Numbered from the stretch's first letter, positions 1 to 18,870 are shown. The stretch is 64,000 nt of DNA from Amoebidium appalachense (GCA_963693365.1 CAVNZM010000002.1:11526328-11590327); one strand, 5' to 3'. The notes: a model not told the origin generated them from the sequence alone. Program-made: numbers and translations.

Positions 1-114
1 GGGGGGGGGGGGGGTTAACAAAGCAATAAAAAGCATAAGCAGAAAGTAGGCATCATAAGCAGAGCCCATCATCAAGGAGGCCCCATGTCAACCACCGGGG
101 AGGTTTTTTTTTTT

Positions 115-151
<37 letters not shown>

Positions 152-156
<5 letters not shown>

Positions 157-430
157 TGAATGCGGAAAACGGTACGAAGTACGCATACACGACGAGAAGC
201 ATGGTGCAGGACACATGCAAAGGCAAACATTCAAGTATGCAACATCAGCCATGTGCACAGTATGCGTCATAAGCAGAGCCCATCCTCAGGGAGGACCCAA
301 GTCATCAATTGCGTCTGAGTTTCGACCCCTTAGCCCGCGTATATACGACGCTCCAACTCAGACAGCAGCATCAACTGAACTTGGGCGGGTCAACCCGTCT
401 TGATCAAAGACGAGCAGGGTTGCTTATGCA
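152..430 (-). repeat. Dispersed structured repeat family R1, long copy (in SLY1 intron)
   Basis: Reverse complement aligns by eye with 28671-28912: TGCATAAGCAACCCTGCTCGTCT..GATCAAGACG, CCCTGAGGATGGGCTCTGCTTAT, TACTTCGTAC..GCATTCAA followed by (C)n. Confidence 0.85.
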
Positions 431-549
431 AGCAATGTGAGCAAAACGGTGCAGATGTGTGTGCAAACTAATGCAGTGCAGCGAAAAATGCGTATGTGCT
501 TACAGATGCACGACACAGAGCAACCATGCCCGGTTGCATGGAAGTAAAG

Positions 550-580
<31 letters not shown>

Positions 581-581
<1 letters not shown>

Positions 582-712
582 TTGAATGCGCTATAAAGTA
601 CGAAGTACACGTAAACAACGGCAAACCCTATCCAGAGTGCAAACCATACATAAAAGAGTGTGCATATAAGCAGAGCTCATCATCCGGGGGGCCCACGTCA
701 TGCAGAGTACCC
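581..712 (-). repeat. Repeat family R1, partial copy
   Basis: Shares TTGAATGC..AAGTACGAAGTACAC and ATAAGCAGAGC.CATC.TC.GGGGGGCCCACGTCAT with other R1 copies. Further fragments at about 33-86 and 1588-1660. Confidence 0.8.
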
Positions 713-887
713 CAGTTGATTGCATTAAAAGCATTTCCTACATCCAAACCTGAAGAAGGGGGGAGAGGGGGCGGCGGGAGGGGGGGGGGGGGGGGGGGAG
801 GGGGGGGGGGGGGGGGAGGGGGGGACACCCCACTAAACGCGGGAAAGAGGGGAGGAGGGGGAAAAGGTAGGGCAAGACGGGGCGGGG

Positions 888-921
<34 letters not shown>

Positions 922-935
922 GAAGGGGGTGTTAC

Positions 936-7600
<6,665 letters not shown>

Positions 7601-8445
7601 TTTGAAGCAACTTAACTAACTTGTCTAGGTGTTCTTCTCTTCAGTTTTACTTCCTGTATATTTTAACTGAACAAGTTAGATTGGGGACTCGCCCATAAGA
7701 TTCATGAACACTTAGCTAATTCTTGCCGGGTGACTGTGAGACTTCGTGAGCTTTTCACTTTTTGAAGTGCGTAGCCAAGGGCAGATTTGAAAAACCAATT
7801 GGGCGTACAAACAATTCAATGGGTTCTCCCGCAAAAATCTATTTTTATCTGCCGATGTCGCCAGGATGGAATGCGGGCAACGATCGATCGAGGGATGGAA
7901 TCCGCCCGCATTTCCTTTGTCGCCCGCAAAAAATGTTTGTTGTTCTTTCGCTCTGTAAAAAGTACCATAGCGCAACTATCCTCAGTACCACAGCAATGTG
8001 TATTTCTGTTCCTTGGCGCTGACAGAAAATGAAGCCTAGCCACATATGGCAAGCGCAGAGGGGCTGGCCAGTTTCGATAATAAGAGCTCAGTTGTAGTTT
8101 CGAGCGGGTGCCAGCTGTGTGGTTTGCCACTCAAAGTCAGTGACTCAGACCAACCATACGCCTGAGGTACTTACTCCATAACGTTGTATAACAAAGCTTT
8201 TGCCCATCAAATTGCCAACGGTGCTACTCTTTACATGTGACACACTGTACCGAGAATGCTTTGCGCGCTGCTTGCCAGCCAGCTCCAGCCTTTCAATTGG
8301 GTGTGCTGAATACGAAGGCACACGGAGTAAAACATGACAGTGGCAGGGCACCAGCATTATTTTGAAGCTGACAATCAGCTCACCCCCGCGTCCGGTTTTG
8401 TCGGGTTGGGGTGAGAGTTTTTTTTTCTTTTTTTTTTTTTTTTTT

Positions 8446-8486
<41 letters not shown>

Positions 8487-8513
8487 CGGCCGTAGTGTGT
8501 GACGGTGTGCCAC

Positions 8514-8604
<91 letters not shown>

Positions 8605-9417
8605 TACGTGTGTATGTGTGTGTTCTGCTGGGGTGGGAGGGAGGGGGGCAGTGGGTCAGTGAGGAGGGACCGGGGGGAGAGGGGGAGGGAGAGAGAGAGA
8701 GTGTGTGTGTGCTCGTGTGAGGAGGGGGTGAGGGGAGTTAGGCCCTGGATTGAGGGAGGCTAAGAAACTGAAATATGAAATAAGGGAGTTCGGAAAAAAG
8801 GAGGGGGGGCTGGAAAGGGGGGAGGGGGGGGGGGGGGAGTGGCAGTGCTAGGCAGTGGGTTGGTGAGGGAGGGAGGGAGGGGGGGGGATGTGTGGGTGTG
8901 GGGGGGGTGGGGGGGTGCACGGGGCAAGCTGATCAATAAAACATGCCACTAGTATAAGGAATCATTCTTATCAGTGAGCCCGGGCTGGGAGTATCGTTGG
9001 GGGGAGAATGGAGGGAGGGGGGTGGTAATACGTATTCATGATATGTGAGTGGATGGGCATTTTGTGTGGATGTGGGGGGCGGGGGTGAGGGACAGGGGAG
9101 GAGGGTCACAGTATGGCAAGTTGAACGATTGCAGGGCCACCCACATGGGTTTAGAAACCAGGAGGGGGGGAGGGAGGGAGGAAGGAGGGACGTTAACACA
9201 AGTTGCAGGGACGGGGGAGGGGATTGGGTGCGGATTGCGAATGGGCCGGGTGAATGGGTGAGTCATGGGGAGAAGGGGAAGGGGCTGGGGGTTAAGTTGA
9301 AGAGAAAGCCTTTGAGGGCACAAAAATTTTCAAAATTCTTTCTTGCCTTTTTTTTTTTTTTTTTTTTTTTTGAGGGGGGAGGAGGTAGGGGGTGAGGGAG
9401 GGGGGAGGAAGGGGAGT

Positions 9418-9458
<41 letters not shown>

Positions 9459-9811
9459 GTGATTTGCAAATGGATGGTGGTGGGCCACAGGGAGAAAGGG
9501 AAGGGGGAGGGGGGGCCGGGGGGGGGGGGCTGCTGAAAAACGAAAGATTGCACCCGAGGGAGCTTAAGGCCCTGGGGACCAGGTGCTGGTGGGTGTATGT
9601 GTGTGGGGGGGGGGGGGGGGGAGGGGAGGGGGGAGGGGGTTAGAAGTGGAGGGAGGAAGCTTCTAAATTAGCACATGGGTCACGGTGGGGGGGGGGGGGG
9701 GGGGTGGGGGGGAGGGGGGTGGGGGGTGGGGGGGAGGTACTTTATATGATACACATAATCATGTACACGGCCTCCTTTGCGCGACCTACATGTATAGAAC
9801 GGGGAAGGGAG

Positions 9812-9846
<35 letters not shown>

Positions 9847-10080
9847 TGGGAGGGTGAGTGGCTGCAGGCCCATAATTGAGAAAACGAAACGATAAGTAAG
9901 TATTAAAGTCCCTGGGAACCTCGTGATGTGGAGGCCCGGAAGAGGCTGGGGGAGGGGGGGGGGGATCCTTTTTCATTTGATTAAGTTCCTCTTCATCCCC
10001 AAGTAACCTGCCCGGGGGTCGGGAGGGGGGGGGGGGGGAGGGGGGAGGGGGGAATCATGAGCGTTAATCCACTACTAAGT

Positions 10081-10453
10081 TACCGTTTTCCTGAAATGAC
10101 CCAGGTGAAAAGAGCTGTTGGAAAGTCACTGTGCATTAGTTTGCTAATATAAATTTTGTGCGTATATTGGATACATGGTAAAGGCTATTGCTATTCCAAT
10201 ATATGTGCCTTAATGAGCTGGCTTGTCTCGAAAGAACTGTCTGCCGAGAACTGTCAGCCAGGTCAATTTCCGGATCATGCGGGGTTTGCCTTTTGGCACA
10301 TGTACATAAACAATGCTGGCCAGCTTTGGGAATCAATTGCTACCTCCCGGGCTCCCACTTGCAACAGCATGTATCAAGCATGTTTACATAGCCAATAAAA
10401 AAGTTAAGTCGCAACCTGCCCTGGTTAATATATTGGAAATGAATGACCGCGTA
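10081..10453. mobile_element. 373-bp insertion flanked by a perfect 12-bp direct repeat
   Basis: CCACTACTAAGT at 10069-10080 and 10454-10465. No recognisable coding content; only weak terminal inverted similarity. Confidence 0.55.
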
Positions 10454-12879
10454 CCACTACTAAGTGGTGCAAGGCAAACCTTATGATCCTTAACACAGAC
10501 AATTGTGGTGTTCTTGTACCTGATATAGCTAACAATTGACAGTCGGAATTGCAAAGTGTGCTACTTTTTCGACAAATGCTTCCTTTCGATTGGCCGGTCT
10601 TCCTATTCCTGTTCAGAGCACCTATGACTATTTGGGTATTCCTTTTACTGCACGGGGTATTGATTTCCGCAAGCTCCTCACGGCACGGATCGCTCGTGCG
10701 AAGGGTAAGCTTCACATCGTGTCAAATATGTTTCAACGGGAGTCTGTGATCCATCCTGCGAACCTTCTTCTTTACTATAAAAAATTTTTACGGCCGACTT
10801 TCGAATATGGACTTCCGCTATTGGCCTGCGCCCCACCTCGCGAGGCGGCCGTGGCGCTGAAAGAGTTCGACGATTTTCAGGGTACTGCGCTCCGCACTTT
10901 GTTTCGTACTCGGTTTGTGCCTCCCTTAATCAGTATGTTTGGATTGTCGTCTGCTGTTTGTCGTATGGAGGAATTGTCTCTTCGTTTTTGTTTTCATTTA
11001 GTTAGGATACCTGATGGTCACCCTCTTTATGCTTTCTTTCCCCCCCCTCCCTCCATCCCTCTTCCCCCCCGATTCACCAACGCTACTTCTGAATGTCCTC
11101 AGCCTACCCTCTTTCACCCTGATTCTTCCTCTCGCTATCTCACTCCCTCTTTCTTTTCTCTTCCTGTTTTTTCTGCCTTTTCGCGTTATTACCATACGCA
11201 GTATAAGTTTCTTTCTCGTTCTGATAGCGAAATCAAAGGTAACACTCAGTCGGCATGTGTTATGTTCCTTAGGCAACACCGTACTGATCATTATCGCCTT
11301 TTGGGAGCTTTGGCAGGATACATTTCTCCTGCTGTACGTATGGATACCACCCTAGTAGATACGTCTGTATGGTGCTCTGATGTTGATATTGCCTGGGAAG
11401 TTGTGCAGTGGCGCTGTAATTCTTGTTTTCATCGCCGCTGGTGCCACTTTTGTGCTGAACTTTTTAATCGTAAGCATGTTGATAGGTGTGAGTTTTTATG
11501 TCGCGTTTTACCTCTTTCCCTACGGGTGTCTGCTACACTAGCTGGCAATGTGAACACTTTAGACTTTTTGTTGAATTCTGTTGGTCGTCACATTGAGTAT
11601 TTATATGATTTTCACACAGTGTTCAGGTATCTCAGTATGCACTTGTTACTGGATATTAACTCGTGAAGTTTTTATTGTCTTCTCAGTATGCCGTGCATAC
11701 TTGCATATGTTTCCGTCGAATAAATCCAGTCAAAAGAAAAAGAATTTACATACATTTACATTATCATCCTGTACCTATAGTGCCAGAATACAAAGTATCT
11801 TGGTGTTCCGGTTAATTCTGTTAGTGTTATGTTTTCCCATATGGTCGAAAAGAGGGTAAAGTTGGCTCGTAAGCGGTTAGCTTTCTTCTCGGCTAATATT
11901 TTTAAAGACACACCCCTCCATCCTTCTATTAGACTTACATTTATTCGCCCTTTTGTCTTCCCGGCATGTGAATATGGTTTACCCCTTCTCGCCGCTTGGA
12001 TCAAGAAAGAGAGAACTAGAGCGCTTAAACCCTTGGCAAATTTCCTTGAAGCAGAAGTTGCCTCCTTTTTATCTAACAACTGTTGTAAACCTGGGCCTGT
12101 AACGCTCTCGATATATGGTCTGGTCCCAGTAGCTGCTAGAGTATCCCACCTCGCGCTGAAATTCAATAAGCACATAAGCCGCTTAAAGAAGTGGCCCTCC
12201 CACCCTCTCTTCGCTATCCGACCTGTCCCCTCCTCACCTCTCCCCTCTTTCCTTCCCTCTCTCTCCCCTTCTCCCCCGGGCACAAATACAAATAAACCCC
12301 GCAAAAGTGTGCGTGTGACTTTGGACTGCCACTTACTTATTAGACATGTACACAATCACAAGATAATTACGCAATATAACAAATGGAAAAAGATACCACA
12401 CGACACCAGATCCGATGAAAGCATACACCTTGAAAAACTAAGCCTTATGTCTCGTTTTATATATAATGACCGCCTTAACCATATTGCCAAATATGGCACT
12501 CGCAAATGTGTAACACCTAAATACATATTACCTTCCTGTAGCCTTTGATCCTTCTCTAGCTGATGGTATTGTTGATCACATACCACGCTTTTACATTACG
12601 TGCTATACAGTGGAGATCTAATAAGTATAAGGTGGCATCGTTTGCATGCCCAAACAACACACACACGCACACCAGTTTAAACGGCCATGTATCGCCAAAT
12701 GTAGTTTGATAGACCACATAATACCGCAACACACACACGTCACATTCACAACAGACACCCAGAAAGATAGCCTACCTGAAAATTACAACATCCTTGATTT
12801 TATACTAAACACGCGTAACTACGACCTGTTTATTAGATGTATTGATTGGCTTGAGAAACACTTCATTACAAAATTCTAG
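10454..12879 (+). mobile_element. Degenerate non-LTR retrotransposon A (RT thumb and C-terminal Cys/His region), interrupted by element B
   Basis: Left piece KWCKANLMILNTDNCGVLV (about 10462-10520). It resumes after 11750 with frameshifted HPVPIVPEY/KYLGVP...TFIRPFVFPACEYGLPLL...QWRSNK..CPN..HQFKRPCIAKC...NILDFILN, stop at 12879 next to a (CA)n tract. The W..N.M.LN..C and KYLG motifs are typical of non-LTR RT ORFs. The upstream RT may survive in eroded form at about 8.9-10.08 kb. Confidence 0.8.
10536..11741 (+). mobile_element. 5'-truncated non-LTR retrotransposon B (open 376-aa C-terminal ORF fragment)
   Basis: ORF 10536-11666 with KC..., YDYLGIPF, YKKFLRPTFEYGLPLL and QWRCN..CHFC...FNRKHVDRC..NTLDFLLN. 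Followed by a short 3' UTR, AATAAA at 11719 and an A-rich tail at 11732-11741. Homologous to element A. Confidence 0.85.
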
Positions 12880-12886
12880 CGCGCAC

Positions 12887-12967
<81 letters not shown>

Positions 12968-12999
12968 CCAGCTGATACCGAGTGTCCTAGGGGAGCCCG

Positions 13000-13031
<32 letters not shown>

Positions 13032-13146
13032 GGGGAACCCCAACTAATTGATTTCTCTTAGTCTTTATGGTGTCTCGTAAAGAAAGTAAACCCTTATATA
13101 TAATCATCCGTGACCCGACATCTATGTACGTGATCATGATACACCG

Positions 13147-13220
13147 CTGAGGGGATAATACGAGCAAAAACTCCCCATACCTGAGACTGGTCTCTCTTTG
13201 CCTCGAGTAAACAGCGTAAA
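13147..13220 (+). repeat. Dispersed repeat family R2, copy 1
   Basis: CTGAGGGGATA...GAGCAA...ATACCTGAGACTGG...CCTCGAGTAAAC..GTAAA matches 31696-31810. Confidence 0.65.
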
Positions 13221-13417
13221 CCCCTATTGTATAACCGTTCTCAGACGTAATTCCGTGTGCTAGAATTGCAAGAGCTTTGAAGTTCACAATTTTTACTTGA
13301 TTCTGTTTGTTTGCTTACATATATGTGTTCACTTCTCAATTGTGAATGCATCTCTCTCTCTCTCTCCCTTCGTGCCTTCTCTTTGTGTGCGTCTCTCTCC
13401 CTCGTGCCCGCCTCCCC

Positions 13418-13469
<52 letters not shown>

Positions 13470-14126
13470 TCTCCCCGTTCTCCGAGGGCCTCTCTCTCTC
13501 CCCTGTGTGCACAGCCTCTGTAGAGATATATCTTTGTATGTACTCCATGGGCCCCCTGGCCTGATTGGATGTGCTGTGCTGTATAACAATATGTGACTTA
13601 GTTACCGGGAGTATCACTGACTCACTGACTCGCGTTAGTGACAGTAACTGCTATACAGATATGATAATTATTATAATTGCACAGCTAATCAAAGTAGTCA
13701 CCGAGTTTGTCCAAATGCAGTTTATTCGTGTGTTGCCGTTGTGTTTGGACAGTCGACCATTGCTCGATCATAGGTATAAAACTGATTACGTAACAGCAAA
13801 GTTGCCCCTGCACCAGATGATGCTATTTTTAGCAACGCATCGATCATTGTTTGTGCGCCCAATCAAAACAACCCATTCAGATCGATTACGCAAGCACGGG
13901 GCCAATTGCAAGGCCGGCGGAGCTTGGAACATTTGAAAAACATTGAAAAAAAAGTGAAAAACTGATCTTTTTACTTTTTGACAATGGACAGATGGAGCCT
14001 CATCCGTGTTTCATTTATGCCGTTATGTTTACTCAGAACCCTGACAAATATTATGCAGCCTCATTATTATTTGCAGCCCATGCATCTACCAAGCCATGCA
14101 AGTAGCACATGTAAACCCAGATCTAG

Positions 14127-15873
14127 TTAGAAGGCAGAACATTCCGAGCAATTGTCTAGACAGGTATGAAGCATCCAGCGGGTCTCAGAGATCTCACTCT
14201 CGCTGAACTCCACCAGGATTCGACGATGTTGCGAGAAGCTTTCGGATGGCGGATGATCGAACGGTTGCAAGAGGTGGCTGGGCGTTGAGCATACGTTGCA
14301 TACCTTAAGACACACTTGCAAGTAGGGGAGTGCTTGTTGAGCCATGATAGGCCACAGTACGAAGTTTTCTGTGGTAGTATTGGTGTTGTCGGACGGATAT
14401 GCAGCAGACTACTTTCAGGTGAGAATCCTTTGGCCCGGCTTAGAACTTGCTGCTGGGAAGGGGGGTTGGGGGGGAGGGGAGGAGGGGGAGACGAGAGTGA
14501 GGGGAACGAACGAAAAGGGATGGGGATACGGAGAGCGAAGGATGGGTGTGGGTGTGGCTGTTGGAGCGGGTGGCGGTTGGATGGTTAAAAGAGGGAGATG
14601 TGTGGGGAGAGGGAGAGGTGGGGGGGCTGGAATAGAGGGGTTAGGTGCATATGTAAGTCTTTCTCCAGCAAGTGTAGCCTGAAATATACATATGGCCGTG
14701 CAAGGGTGAGAATGATTTTTTTTTGAAGGGGGGGGGGGGGGGGGGAGCAGGCTGTCTCTATGATGTGAGAACTCTGCTGCCCCGTATGTTTTTTTCACAA
14801 TCTAGTGAAGTCATTTTTTCCTCCTTCTTGTGGTGTGTGTTCACGGGAGAAGGGGGGGCTGCTTGCCCTGAGGTTTGTGGTGCGAGGTGGTGTGTTCTGT
14901 TTTGAATGTTCTGTGCAAGGTTGGAAGTAAAGCGAGTCTTTCCATTTTTTTTTATTTTTTTTTTTTGTTTTGTTTTATTTGGTTTTTTGGAAGTGTGGGG
15001 ATGTCTAAGAGGACGAAGGGAGAGCAGGCAAGGCACGGCGGGGAAAGGGGAAGGGGTATAGGGCAGGAGTATGGTTGCTGTGATGCTTTATGGTGTGGAA
15101 TACACGTGATTTCTGTGGGTTTAGGAAGGAAGCAGTGTCGGGCTTCCAATTTTATTTTATTTTCCAAACCTTTTTTTTGGTTTTGCGCGGAAGGTTTTTG
15201 GGGCACTCACGGAAGGGGGGGGGGGGGGGGGGGGGGCGGGGGGGGGTAGCCGGTTAAGTCACAGGGAAAGGAAGGAGGGAGGGAAGGCACAAGGATAGGT
15301 CCATAGGCCCTATTGATTCGAGCACAGAGGGAGCCCCAAACGATGGTATGGCCACTGGCTGGCTGCATTAGAAAGAAATAAAACATAAACCAAGTGTGTT
15401 CACTGCCATGGTTGAACCCATCTTAGACTTGAAAACGTAGAAACCCGTCCCCCTCCCCCCCCCCCCCCCCCCCCCCCCCCCCGCCCAACACCCCTTACCC
15501 CCCCCCCCCCCCCACCCCCTGCCCCCCCTTCCCCCCTCAAAAAAAGAAAAAAGAAAAAAAAAAGAAAAAAAAAAAAGAAGAAGAAGAAGAAGAAGAAGAT
15601 AAATACATATAGGAAATGAAATGGAAGGTAAAAAAAAGAGATAGGTAGAGCCGGGGGGAGGGGGGGGGGGGGGGGGGGGGGGGAAGGGGAAGGGGGAGGA
15701 GGGAGGGAGGAGGGGGGGGGGGGGGGGGGAGGGGGGGCACCGTTTTGAATGAGATTTGTTTCATTCACCCGTAATTACGCATACACATCCTCGTTGGGTA
15801 CACCATGTCACTGACACGGGTACCCACACAAACACATGCACGCACGCGCGGGCGCACGCGCGCGCACGCGATT

Positions 15874-15921
<48 letters not shown>

Positions 15922-16031
15922 ACACACACACATGCACAGGCTCAGTGACACCCATACCGCTATTGCACTGCTTATTTCTCCCCCCCCCCCCCCCCCCTCC
16001 CCCCCCCTCTCCGCCCCCCCCCCCCTCCCCC

Positions 16032-16066
<35 letters not shown>

Positions 16067-16727
16067 GGCACTGAGCCCATCTTGTCCGTCCTGCCGGGCA
16101 CATCCCACTGGCCTCCCTTTGTCATGACAGCCTCGATATTGTCAAATACCCGTCAGAAGGCTAAAGATACAGTTTGAAATCCATGTCTCTCTGTTTCGGC
16201 TTGTTTTTAACGTTCCTTTCATCCGAATCTTTACTCCTTTCCACCCCTCCTTCCCCCCCCCTCCCCCCCACCCATCTGTCCGCCCTGCTCTTGCTCAATT
16301 AATATTGACCCACGACCGACCATCCCTTTCTCCCTACCGCCTTTGAGCAGTGCCCTACCATGCCTTCCCCCCTCCCCTGCCCAACCAAATACACATGCAC
16401 ACACACACGTCACACACACACACACACACGCATGCACACACACGCACACGCACACACACATCACAGTACCACCCCGTGACCGTTAAAGGAGTTCCATAAT
16501 CCACCCCGAGGCTCCTGAAAACGTGAAGGGGACTCCCTTGCCTAGGATACGCCGTAAAATGCACACCGTGCACCATGCCATGCGCACACACGACCATTGT
16601 TGCACAAAAAAAAAAAATAACCACGGTCATTGGCAAACACGCCCGCACAACATTATTGCAATTACACACCGTGGCCCACCATTCACATACATGCTGGCGG
16701 GCGGGGGAAGGGGGGGAAGGGGCGGGG

Positions 16728-16765
<38 letters not shown>

Positions 16766-18870
16766 AGGGGGGAAGGGTAAAGGGTCTTCAGATTATCTCC
16801 AGACCAGTTGTGCCTTGCTAATAAGTAGCCCACGACGACGAGAACCTAACACGCACACAGGCACACCGGCGCGCGGAGACGACGGGGGAAGAGGGGGGAG
16901 GGGGGGCCCGGGGGTAGAATCTCTGGGATTGCAGGTAGGCCCTCATGCACACAGCCCGGCACCCATGCAGCTGGGCACCAGGCAGGGGGGGGGGGGGGGG
17001 GGGGGGGGGTTGGGATGGCATGAAAATGTTTGTGCTTACATATGTAGCACTTAAAAACTGAGGGGTCACTTGTCAAGTCTTTGATTTGTGCTCATACCCG
17101 AGCAAGTTGGTTGATTTACTGAAGGTGAACTTGAGGACTAGCCTCCAGAATCTTTTGACCGTGTATATGTGGGGGGGGGGGGGGGGGGGGGGCAAAGGAA
17201 GAGATAGCCATGCATGGTGATGATTGGGGGCCTGGGAACGCGTACGCGAGCGCCGAGGGGGGGGGGGGGGGGGGAAAGGGTTGGAGGGGAGGGGAAGGGG
17301 GGCGGGGGGGAAGTGAAGGGGGCAGAGGGGACATTGGTCATTGCTGGCATACTGGGATGGTTCATCATTTAACTTACCATAAAGAACTGGGGGGAGGGGG
17401 GGGGGGGGGGGGAGGGGGGGGGGGGGGGGGGCTAAAGGAAGAGATAGCCATGCATGGTGATGATTGGGGGCCTGGGAACGCGTACGCGAGCCCGCGAGGG
17501 GGGGGGGGGGGGGGGGGGGAGGGTTGGAGGGGAGGGGAAGGGGGGCGGGGGGGAAGTGAAGGGGGCAGAGGGGACATTGGAGTTGCTGGCATACTGGGAT
17601 GGTTCATCATTTAACTTACCATGAAGAAGGGTTTTACATGTATATCTTGTTCGGTGGAAGTACTGTTGGCCTTGGTGCCGACAACTCATCACAGATCACC
17701 TACATGTCGTTAATAAACAGCACATTCCCCCCAAAAGGGGCACGCGCTACCATTTTTTAGGTTCAAGTGTTTAGGCTGTGGCATTTGTTAACGGTATGTA
17801 TGTGGAGGGAAGGGGAAGGGGGGGGGGGGGGGGGGCGGGGCATGTTCGGGTGGGAGGTTTGTGCATGGAATGCTTAGCTACATAAATGCACCACAAACAC
17901 ACACAGCGAGACACACACAGACACACACACACACTCTCTCACTCTCCCTCTGTCGAACATCGTACACACATACAGCTTCACAAGAGCGCACAAACATGCT
18001 ACCGTTAACACACACGATCACACGCATACACACGCGCAGACACAAACACTGTGGCACATAAACCTTCTTACACACACCACACACACACACATCGTAACCG
18101 TTCGTACACAATTGCAAAAAAAAAATAAAAAGAAAAGAAAAAAAAAAAAACCACGTGTAAAAAAGTGCATACACGCGTACCGTGCGGCCAAACGTCACAG
18201 TGTCGCGCTCACATCCAAACCCCGGTGACGGCGCCTATAACCACGCTGCAGCTTTGTACTCTTTTGATTTTCCTTTTAAGGCGGCCAGCCAGTGGCCCTT
18301 TATTTCTTACTCATTATATGCACTCTTGTTTTGGTTATCTTTAACAACCACCCAGACATGGATGCCATATGCAGCGGCCTTACCCAATCAAGACAAGACA
18401 TTGGCCCGTTGGCAAATTCTTTTTTGTGAACTTGCACTTAACCCGGCTCTCTTTCTTCAATTGTGAGCTAATTTCTGAATGAGTTGCGCGCAAGATTACA
18501 TATGCGTGAAGGGCAGGGGGGGGGGGGGGGGGGGGGGGGGGGGGTATTTTTTATACTCGCGGCTTTAGTATCATAAGAACCGGATCCATGCACGAAGCAA
18601 CAAACAACGCGGAGGTCAGCCTCCCGCTATTGTTCATAAGCAGTGAACCGGACGAAAACGGGCCGGACCTAGAAAACCCCTGCTTGGCTGCGTGAGCTGC
18701 CTCTCTTTTCTTCTCCAACTTGCGCAGACGGAAAAAACAAACCCCCACGTGCCCGTGCATGCCACACACCCCAGCACGCTGCACGCTGCACGCTGCACAC
18801 CCCCGCCACCACCCACACTATCGTGTCACTCACCACGGTCCCCTCCTGGTCGTGCACGGGGTTTGTTGTT
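14127..18870 (-). pseudogene. Degraded spliced gene, possibly a KDZ (Kyakuja-Dileera-Zisupton)-type transposase relic
   Basis: Exon-like islands with splice signals at about 18830-18870, 18560-18730, 17620-17699, 17040-17158, 16465-16693, 16073-16160, 15390-15447 and 14127-14451. The key segment VVCAHGMVHGVHF...QGSPLHVFRSL...P...WYCDVC resembles the KDZ pattern C.HG...G.H....ESP..VF..L...P...YD.AC as I recall it. In-frame stops and frameshifts are present. Confidence 0.4.

Noticed and set aside
7826-7935. Hairpin GGAATGCGGGC/GCCCGCATTTCC with repeated CCCGCAAAAA upstream of SLY1
   Set aside because: Single occurrence in the window; cannot distinguish a promoter element from a TE remnant or chance.
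8085-8306. Possible minus-strand exon(s) with a gtaagt donor at about 8174
   Set aside because: No recognisable protein similarity and no upstream exons to connect; may be UTR or chance.
17680-17700. Antizyme-like +1 frameshift or stop-codon reassignment at CTG TGA TGA
   Set aside because: The +1 frame stops soon after and no antizyme motifs are present; host genes use TGA, TAG and TAA as normal stops, so pseudogene decay is the simpler explanation.
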